From a virus, in IMG/VR virus record IMGVR_UViG_3300028027_000001: DNA of 64,000 nt. One strand, written 5' to 3'. The translations under genes and the position numbers were made by a program. Below, one piece after another: positions 57,755-64,000 of the stretch (the stretch's first letter is position 1; every line of letters starts with the position of its first letter). The notes below the pieces were generated by a model. The model was not told where the DNA came from and did not search any database. It saw only the letters and a program-made list of their open reading frames with translations.

Positions 57755-58669
57755 TTATGCATTATGAGTGGATAAAATATGTTCAGCGTGTGCTCGAGCT
57801 ACTTCCCAACTTACTTCACCAGTTTCGTCTTCATATTGTACTGGGTCTGGTTTGCCTAATTTGATGAATGCCTCAATGCGTTCAACTGAGGATGCTGATT
57901 TATAGTCTGAATTACCTGATGGGTATGGTTTGTATGATGTGTTTGTGCGTTTGTACACCTCATTAAATTCCAGTCCTAATTCACGGCATAATATTTCCCC
58001 ATCTTGTAAAATAGTAAATTTATCTCCATGTAAGTATGGTGTAAAATATCCTACTTTTTCTGCACCCCAGTTTCCTAAACGAAACGCATGGTCGTCAGCA
58101 TCACGAAATTCTTGTCTGCAGTCAGGATAAACTCCAAAATCACCCGCGTGGATTCCTAGAGCAATATCACATGGTTCATCAGTTTTACCAGATATAGATA
58201 ATGCAATCGCTTGTACAATGGATGCAAACATCTTGTTACGGTTTGGAACTACGGTTTGCCTTTGATTTTCCTCAGCGTAGTGGCCTTCAGGTACGTCTTC
58301 CCCACCTTCTACTAATGTGGAATTAAGTAAATCAACTAAACCGTCTAGTTTAATTACACGGTAGTTAATTAGAGATTTATTTGATGCTGATTCTTTCCAT
58401 TCCTTCTGCATTTTATCCAAGTCTAACCCTTCTTGTTTGTCTCCAGGGATGCCGTCTTTTACAGAAATATTATTAATTTTTTGGGATATGTAACCATTAA
58501 TATAATCAACTAATGATTGAGCGCGCTCCAATTCTACTCTATGTTTTTGACCATAGTCAAATGAAATAGCTGTTACAGTATCGAATTCTTTTAAGCAACG
58601 AAGTAACAATGTACTCGAGTCCATCCCACCACTCAGTGAAACTACGGCGTGTTTTCTTGTGTTTTTCAT
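57755..58669 (-). CDS. queC: 7-cyano-7-deazaguanine synthase
   Basis: SGGMDS, FDYGQKH, TVVPNRN, YPDCR. Confidence 0.95.
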   Translation of the reverse strand: MKNTRKHAVVSLSGGMDSSTLLLRCLKEFDTVTAISFDYGQKHRVELERAQSLVDYINGYISQKINNISVKDGIPGDKQEGLDLDKMQKEWKESASNKSLINYRVIKLDGLVDLLNSTLVEGGEDVPEGHYAEENQRQTVVPNRNKMFASIVQAIALSISGKTDEPCDIALGIHAGDFGVYPDCRQEFRDADDHAFRLGNWGAEKVGYFTPYLHGDKFTILQDGEILCRELGLEFNEVYKRTNTSYKPYPSGNSDYKSASSVERIEAFIKLGKPDPVQYEDETGEVSWEVARAHAEHILSTHNA

Positions 58670-58670
58670 A

Positions 58671-58922
58671 TTATTTTATTTTGTTTTCAAATATTTGATT
58701 AAATGTGTTTTCTAAATCATCTAATATTCCATCTAAATAATCGAATAAATAATCTTCTTGTTCAATATCCAAAGTACCATCCAATACATCAATGAAAGGA
58801 ATCTCAACATTACTATAGAACATTTTAACTAGATCTGGCTCATTGGATTGGATGTATAATAAGGCATTGTCTAATCTTTTACCCAAATATACTAAATCAC
58901 TTACTTCTTCTTCGTAACTCAT
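58671..58922 (-). CDS. acidic hypothetical protein
   Basis: ORF track. Confidence 0.7.
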   Translation of the reverse strand: MSYEEEVSDLVYLGKRLDNALLYIQSNEPDLVKMFYSNVEIPFIDVLDGTLDIEQEDYLFDYLDGILDDLENTFNQIFENKIK

Positions 58923-59079
58923 CTGTTAATGTTTTAATTCCATCTCCCAATTTCTCTACTTTTAATTTAAATTCGGGATCTATACCGTCATTTTGCTCAC
59001 TAATCCCTGCTAATTTTTGCATGCGTCTTCTTTCTTCGTATGCTTTAACAATAGTTTCACATCTGTTTTCTTTTTTCAT
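58897..59079 (-). CDS. small protein with RMQKLAGISE motif
   Basis: ORF track. Confidence 0.7.
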   Translation of the reverse strand: MKKENRCETIVKAYEERRRMQKLAGISEQNDGIDPEFKLKVEKLGDGIKTLTDELRRRSK

Positions 59080-59224
59080 AATTTATCTGATATTTGTTGT
59101 AACGTATCTAAATCTTCCTCACTTAAGCGTAAACGAACAAATCTACTATATAGTTTTTTAATCATAGCTAGATATTGTTCATCCATGATGTTTGATTGGT
59201 TTGAATAACTCATAATAATATATT

Positions 59225-59476
59225 TTAAATAAATGGACAATCTTGTAAGTCACCTAATGTAGCATCGTCCATTGGGTCTGGTTCAGCGAAAAAACCATCT
59301 AAGAAGTCCTTCGGGTATAAAAATACCATACCTGCAAATGTGGGGTTGGATATAGGACGCTGTTTTGGTTGTATTTTACTTTTGTAAGCTGCTGATGCTA
59401 CTTTTCTACCTAATTCAGGACCAGCTGCTTTTCCTAAATAGTCGTACAATGATAAAAATGTTTCTCTTGATTCCAT
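59225..59476 (-). CDS. hypothetical protein
   Basis: ORF track, promoter 59500. Confidence 0.8.
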   Translation of the reverse strand: MESRETFLSLYDYLGKAAGPELGRKVASAAYKSKIQPKQRPISNPTFAGMVFLYPKDFLDGFFAEPDPMDDATLGDLQDCPFI

Positions 59477-59530
59477 AACTTTTATTTTTAAATTTGATTG
59501 AATATACGAACTTGATCTATGGACTCCAAA

Positions 59531-60325
59531 TTAGAGCCCATTAATTTCACGAAATTTTCTTACATTGTACTCCACTAATTCCATAGCAATATCATCCATT
59601 GGTATGTCCTGGTAGTTGTTCATGTTTGATGTGGGTTTACGGTTTACTCCGTCTTCTCTATATACAGTACCATCTAAAGCAGCCATGACTGGGTTTGATG
59701 TATCTAGTGATTCGATGAATGGCATCTCTCTATATAGGGAAAATTCAGCAGGCCACGCCGTACCAAGTAAATGTACTCTATCACTACTTAATAATATACC
59801 TTCTTCGTACATTTTGGATATGGCTATGAAACGGCCTATTGCTTTACCAAAGTCTGGGTTTAATGCGGGGCATAGTTTGTTGTAATATGATGCACCATAT
59901 GAAAATGCGAATTTTTTGTAACCTAAATCACGATATGCTTGAACGCATAATATTGCTTCATGGAATGACTTTGCTTGGATTACAGCACATTTAGTAGTTG
60001 TTTCGGGTACTACTATGGTTGACCATCTCCTCGCGTTTACAACTGATGTATCGTAGTCTTCCCACGCATCAGGAATGAAGAATGTAGTTGGTTCTAGAAT
60101 GTTTACCCATTTTGTAAGTAATTCATCTGATACACTTTCTCCTAATTCGTGTAAGCTGTTGTCGAGGTATATTTCGATACCGTCTGTTTTACATTGCAAA
60201 AAATGATTACGGTATTGCTCGTTTTCCTCCATTAAGTGAGGAAGACAGTACTGATATGGCATGTGTTTTTTACTCCATTCAAGTAATGCGAAGGGCACCT
60301 CATGGCTGTACTTTACTTTTTTCAT
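59531..60325 (-). CDS. TGT/DpdA-like protein (putative deazaguanine transglycosylase)
   Basis: LDNS..ELG, IPD, VIQ, HLLG, SLDTS follow the TGT barrel motif order; next to que genes. Confidence 0.6.
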   Translation of the reverse strand: MKKVKYSHEVPFALLEWSKKHMPYQYCLPHLMEENEQYRNHFLQCKTDGIEIYLDNSLHELGESVSDELLTKWVNILEPTTFFIPDAWEDYDTSVVNARRWSTIVVPETTTKCAVIQAKSFHEAILCVQAYRDLGYKKFAFSYGASYYNKLCPALNPDFGKAIGRFIAISKMYEEGILLSSDRVHLLGTAWPAEFSLYREMPFIESLDTSNPVMAALDGTVYREDGVNRKPTSNMNNYQDIPMDDIAMELVEYNVRKFREINGL

Positions 60326-60379
60326 ATAACTTTAATTTGTGTTGAATATACAAAGGCTCCTTTTGAGAGCCAATGTTTT

Positions 60380-60628
60380 TTAATTTAATGCGTAATTATG
60401 GTTTGAACATTCATTATATGAATACTCTACTTCTCTAAAGCGATCGGCTCGATATCCTACCCAACGCATGCCCATCTTGGTGATGCCTTCGTTTACGGCG
60501 CCTTTAATAATGTATACTCGCTGATCTAACGCGTTTATATATTCGTGTTCAACTTCGTATTCTTCATCGAACATAACATATGCTCCTTCTGGTAAATTTG
60601 TGTCATTAACACAGATTACTTGCTTCAT
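60380..60628 (-). CDS. hypothetical protein
   Basis: ORF track. Confidence 0.75.
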   Translation of the reverse strand: MKQVICVNDTNLPEGAYVMFDEEYEVEHEYINALDQRVYIIKGAVNEGITKMGMRWVGYRADRFREVEYSYNECSNHNYALN

Positions 60629-61158
60629 TGCCATTCTATTTTATGATTATGTACTCTAATTGCGTACCCATTAATGCAAGGATAACCACAGTTATATGCA
60701 CCAAATGTGGTTTTCCAATCACCATATAAATTATGTAATTTACGTAATAATTTCATTGAAGTCATTACATTATATTCAATGTCGTTTCGCAATTTGGATG
60801 CGCTTACAGTTTCGTGGTTAATATATTTTGCCGTAGCCACCATTACTTGCATTGCACCTTGAGCTCCTGCCCCCGATGTTTGATTATGTTTGTATTTCCA
60901 GTGGAATGGACCTTTATATCCGGTCTCACTGGATGCTATCCCGTATGCAAATCTTTTTGGTATGTTGAATGAATCTGCATATTTTTCAATGTAGTAGTAC
61001 ATCTGTAAACATGGTGGGTCTGTTCTACTTACCGGAGAGCGTAGGGGTGGTAATTCCAATACGTTGGGGTCTTTTGGAGCAGGTTTGGGGTGTTCTCTAA
61101 ATGCTACTAGAGCCACTAAAACAATAGCGGCTACTAGTAAAAATCTTATTTGGTTCAT
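60625..61158 (-). CDS. lytic transglycosylase (SLT domain) with N-terminal signal/anchor
   Basis: IASSETG, S-AGAQGAMQV, AYN-G. Confidence 0.85.
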   Translation of the reverse strand: MNQIRFLLVAAIVLVALVAFREHPKPAPKDPNVLELPPLRSPVSRTDPPCLQMYYYIEKYADSFNIPKRFAYGIASSETGYKGPFHWKYKHNQTSGAGAQGAMQVMVATAKYINHETVSASKLRNDIEYNVMTSMKLLRKLHNLYGDWKTTFGAYNCGYPCINGYAIRVHNHKIEWQ

Positions 61159-61490
61159 GGTTGGGTAGCGTTTTGGTAAATTCTATATGAATACATTTTA
61201 AATATGCACATACCTACTGAATCTGAATATACCTGGTATTTTCCAGTTTGTTTATTGATTAATAGTAATTCATTATGTTCATCAACAGCAATAGATATGT
61301 CTTTGGTTGAGCGCATGCTGCGATATGGGTTGTCTTTGTAGGTGTTTTTTGACATATTATTGGTAACTTCAATTTTGTGAGTATATTTACCTACAAAAAA
61401 TCCTATTACTAGTGCAATTACAATTATAGAATATTGCATAACTTTATTTAACGTTGGTACAACGTTTTCCTTGTTCAAAACTGATTTCAT
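61155..61490 (-). CDS. membrane-anchored hypothetical protein
   Basis: TM segment SIIVIALVIGFFVG. Confidence 0.75.
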   Translation of the reverse strand: MKSVLNKENVVPTLNKVMQYSIIVIALVIGFFVGKYTHKIEVTNNMSKNTYKDNPYRSMRSTKDISIAVDEHNELLLINKQTGKYQVYSDSVGMCIFKMYSYRIYQNATQP

Positions 61491-61508
61491 ATTATGGGAT
61501 TTTATTGG

Positions 61509-61787
61509 TTACTTGGTTTTATTTGGGCATCCGTTTGCACCAAATTTGTCTAAAGATACTCCACACACACAAGTGCGAGATAGCACATCAAATTCACAAT
61601 TACGATAAGATGACTTTTTTGTTTGAAGGTAAATATACACTTCAGTGTCTAACGGAGATAAAGTCTTATCTGGGTATACTGTGTGGGAGATAAGTAGTTT
61701 TTTGAGTGGTTTTGGTTTGGAGATTTTACATAAAAATCCATTACGTCTCAAAAATAATAAGAAATGTGTTTTCAAATTGCGTTTCAT
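61509..61787 (-). CDS. hypothetical protein
   Basis: AAAGGTT-ATG, promoter 61813. Confidence 0.65.
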   Translation of the reverse strand: MKRNLKTHFLLFLRRNGFLCKISKPKPLKKLLISHTVYPDKTLSPLDTEVYIYLQTKKSSYRNCEFDVLSRTCVCGVSLDKFGANGCPNKTK

Positions 61788-61842
61788 AACCTTTATTTTT
61801 TAAATTATACTTGAATATACGAACAAATATTCTGATTATCAA

Positions 61843-61998
61843 CTATCCTTTCAATAGTTCACGAGTATCTTTTTTCTCTTCTGGTTCTTCCAATGGGAGA
61901 GGGGGCATCTTAAATATTACATACGCTACATACATCCCAGAAATGATTAAAATAGACATAACTATTATTATAAATGATAAAAGAATTAATATAGCCAT
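61843..61998 (-). CDS. small single-TM protein
   Basis: Start MAILI. Confidence 0.6.
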   Translation of the reverse strand: MAILILLSFIIIVMSILIISGMYVAYVIFKMPPLPLEEPEEKKDTRELLKG

Positions 61999-62029
61999 AA
62001 TAATATATTTTGTTTTTAAAAACTCAACC

Positions 62030-62240
62030 AAAAACCCACACGTCTGTGGGTATGGTTGAGGGTGATGCAGGTTATACAACGGTTACTCGAGTGACACATT
62101 GCTTTCCCTTACATCTAAAAAGTCCAGCAAGCAGTTCTTATGGTATAGTTACTGGAGCATTTAACCTACCGAATAGAACCGATAGGGGGGTAAAAGACAC
62201 ACCCTGGGACGCTGTTCGAATGGGTAGCGTGGTGTGTACT
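62030..62240 (-). ncRNA. structured ncRNA directly downstream of the HNH gene, ending in a terminator
   Basis: Stems ACACACC/GGTGTGT, CCTATCG/CGGTAGG, TCCAGTAA/TTGCTGGA, TCTTTTAC/GTAAGGGA; ACCCACA-GACG-TGTGGGT-TTTT. Confidence 0.55.
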
Positions 62241-62679
62241 ATTTGGTTAAGTATATTTCTATAGTCATGTTTTCATGTCGTTCCAAATGATGGAAATCTC
62301 GATGGCAATTAGAACAGAGTAATACACATTTTGATATTTCTTCTTCTAACAATTTATAGCTGGTTTGGTTAGCTCCGATATCAAATTTTTTTTGTGTTGG
62401 GTCTCTGTGGTGAAAATCAATAACATGGATTCTATCATCCCCACATCTTTCACACCCTGGTTTTTTATGATTATTTATCCATTCTAATTTACGTGAACGG
62501 GTAACTTTATTTCTTTCCAACCAAACCTCAGGCTGTTCAGAATATGTTTTTTTATACGATTTTTTCTCTTCTTCTCTAGAGCATACTCTACATATTCTTT
62601 GCAAACCATCTTTTTTTGATTTGTTCTTATTAAACTCGCTTACGGGTTTAATTATTGTACATTTTGGGCATTGTTTCAT
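62239..62679 (-). CDS. HNH endonuclease
   Basis: CPKC..CRVC, CERC..DFHH.D...KCVLLCSNCH..H; class C motif at 62683. Confidence 0.88.
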   Translation of the reverse strand: MKQCPKCTIIKPVSEFNKNKSKKDGLQRICRVCSREEEKKSYKKTYSEQPEVWLERNKVTRSRKLEWINNHKKPGCERCGDDRIHVIDFHHRDPTQKKFDIGANQTSYKLLEEEISKCVLLCSNCHRDFHHLERHENMTIEIYLTK

Positions 62680-62769
62680 GGTTATACATATATGAAACAT
62701 ATGGCAGAATCGAACTCCTCTTGAGAGATTACAAATCAAACACAATGCCTGCAAAGCAGGAAGAAATTG

Positions 62770-62842
62770 AGCCTCTGGCCGGCTACGATCCGACGACCTT
62801 TTGATTACAAATCAAATGCTCTACCAACTGAGCTACAGAGGC
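62770..62842 (-). tRNA. tRNA-Thr(UGU)
   Basis: GCCTCTG/CAGAGGC, loop TT-TGT-AA, atypical T-loop ATCGTAG. Confidence 0.9.
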
Positions 62843-62848
62843 AATAAG

Positions 62849-62935
62849 CGGAAAAGGTAGGATTCAAACCTACGGAACCCTTGCGAGTTCGCCGCATTTC
62901 AAGTGCGGTGCATTAGATCGCTCTGCCACTTTTCC
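62849..62935 (-). tRNA. tRNA-Ser(UGA)
   Basis: GGAAAAG/CTTTTCC+G, loop CT-TGA-AA, long variable arm. Confidence 0.92.
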
Positions 62936-62937
62936 AG

Positions 62938-63170
62938 TTCCCATTTAACTAAGCCAAATGGGGAAAATGCTTTGAGTAAAACTACCTACTAGGCAGCAAT
63001 ACTCATATGGTTTGTGTTGCCGTTTAAAGCGTTAAATAATTCTCAATATATCGTACCTCACATGCAATCAAAGCCAAAAACACGCCCATATGTGATGTAT
63101 TGTCGGTTTGTGTGTGGACGTGCCGAGAGTCGAACTCGGGTCTTACATGTTTTCCAATATAAATCAACGA
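62938..63170 (-). ncRNA. ssrA: circularly permuted (two-piece) tmRNA
   Basis: Acceptor piece ends GAC-CCGAG-TTCGACT-CTCGG-CACGTCC-A (63115) upstream of GGGCGTG (63087); G3-U70; P2 TTGCATG/CATGTAA; tag GNTNHMSIAA* at 63021-62989. Confidence 0.88.
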
Positions 63171-63178
63171 ACTATTCG

Positions 63179-63250
63179 TATTCGATACGGGAATCGAACC
63201 CGTGCCTCTGCCGTGAAAGGGCAGCGTGTTAACCGCTTCACTAATCGAAC
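63179..63250 (-). tRNA. tRNA-Glu(UUC)
   Basis: Loop CT-TTC-AC, T-arm ACGGG-TTCGATT-CCCGT. Confidence 0.9.
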
Positions 63251-63271
63251 ATATGTATGTTTTTTGAAATT

Positions 63272-63387
63272 GCCCCAGAACATACAAACTGTGCCGACAT
63301 ACGATTCGGAGCCGAGTGTGCTATTTTGTATACAACATTGCGTTTATATACCGCCTTGCGCTGCCTTCGTTCCCTTGTACTTCGGGC
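63272..63387 (-). ncRNA. putative structured ncRNA
   Basis: Closing stem GCCC-GAA-GTACAAG / TTTGTAT-GTTC-TG-GGGC, no ORF. Confidence 0.4.
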
Positions 63388-63534
63388 TTATTTTTTTAAT
63401 GCGTCTCGCATAATTTGATCTAAAGATACTTTAGATTCACGAACTACACGTTGTTTTACAGGGGATTTTTTACCTAAACTGTTCATCCACCCTTGTAAAC
63501 ATTCTACTCTTTGTCTTGTTGATGTTTTTGACAT
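63388..63534 (-). CDS. small basic protein (48 aa)
   Basis: MSKTSTRQRVECLQGW...ALKK*, promoter 63561. Confidence 0.6.
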   Translation of the reverse strand: MSKTSTRQRVECLQGWMNSLGKKSPVKQRVVRESKVSLDQIMRDALKK

Positions 63535-63661
63535 ATTTTTTTATTTTCTTTATTATGATTGAATATACGAATAAAATATATGATATCCAAGCATTTTTTG
63601 AAAGAAATAGCATCTCTTTTTGGAGATGCTAAATCATTGGGTAACGCGGGGTTGCGCGTAG

Positions 63662-63735
63662 TGGAGAAAACAGGAATCGAACCTGCGACCCTCTGCGTGC
63701 AAGGCAGATGCTCTAGCCAACTGAGCTACTTCCCC
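63662..63735 (-). tRNA. tRNA-Ala(UGC)
   Basis: GGGGAAG/TTTCTCC+A with G3-U70, loop CT-TGC-AC. Confidence 0.95.
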
Positions 63736-64000
63736 ATCTTATATCCATACATATGGGTAAATATGGTTAAAGTCGCATATTATGTGAAAGATAATTTATT
63801 CTTGGTATATTAAATGGGTGGATAAGTCTGAGTATATTACTATTACCCACCCCTTGTAATCTCCATTAATATATCTTCCATTCATGTCAATTATATGGGA
63901 TATCTGTTTTGTGGCTGTTGGGTTAAATAGGGAAACTAGTTCACATTCGTGTTCACTACCATCAAAATCAGTTTGAGTTAGTTTATAGTATACAATTTTT

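Larger units (their letters stand above)
869..62691 (-). promoter_or_regulatory. class C (putative late) promoter ATAT(T/G)TATA
   Basis: + strand tata(a/c)atat at 869, 20671, 35273, 37061, 38449, 39938, 42687, 44533, 48328, 50207, 52525, 62683, plus a variant at 26073. All but 869 lie within about 50 nt upstream of a minus-strand start. Confidence 0.7.
1820..63591 (-). promoter_or_regulatory. class B promoter family NTTG-N17-T(C/T)GTATATT (Bacteroidota -33/-7 type), about 22 copies
   Basis: Core at 1820, 17619, 19056, 19586, 21795, 23350, 25558, 26754, 31769, 38219, 39631, 43378, 47167, 47969, 52090, 54061, 55471, 57029, 59500, 60344, 61813, 63561. TTG to TAtaTT spacing of about 20 matches the Bacteroidota TTTG-N19-21-TAnnTTTG consensus. 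Confidence 0.85.

Noticed and set aside
60380-60410. C-terminus NHNYALN resembling an ssrA tag
   Set aside because: Lacks the terminal AA and is too short to distinguish from chance
63024-63413. ORFs 63024-63287, 63014-63232 and 63108-63413
   Set aside because: They overlap tmRNA and tRNA-Glu
1-64000. Stop-codon reassignment
   Set aside because: Long conserved genes are intact in code 11, TAG and TGA end real genes, and no suppressor tRNA is seen

Overview
64 kb segment of a large, AT-rich lytic dsDNA phage. The host is almost certainly in Bacteroidota (Flavobacterium-like), based on TTG-N20-TAnnTT promoters, a T9SS C-terminal domain and SprB repeats. Essentially all real genes are on the minus strand and standard code 11 fits. 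Positions 1-25 kb hold many small monocistronic hypothetical ORFs with repeated promoters, two non-coding RNA clusters (about 430-1330 and 17650-19045) containing six tRNA-shaped RNAs without a normal anticodon loop, a SprB-repeat/T9SS protein and thyA. Positions 27.5-37.7 kb hold a glycosyltransferase/methyltransferase cluster. Positions 38.7-52 kb hold a T4-like replication module (nuclease, clamp loader subunits, GroEL/GroES, sliding clamp, PolB). Three genes are fractured by free-standing endonucleases: the clamp loader via a naturally split intein, and PolB and a GT4 with no splicing element. Four self-contained cassettes (identical 15-bp promoter, cargo with an RMQxLAGII-type motif, near-identical terminator/promoter) interrupt the replication operon. 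Positions 52.8-60.3 kb hold a 7-deazaguanine cluster (folE, queE, frameshifted queD, queC, TGT/DpdA-like gene) with an HPRT-like and a MazG-like gene. The right end has a lytic transglycosylase, an HNH, four tRNAs and a minimal circularly permuted two-piece tmRNA (tag GNTNHMSIAA). All calls come from reading motifs by eye; no searches were run.
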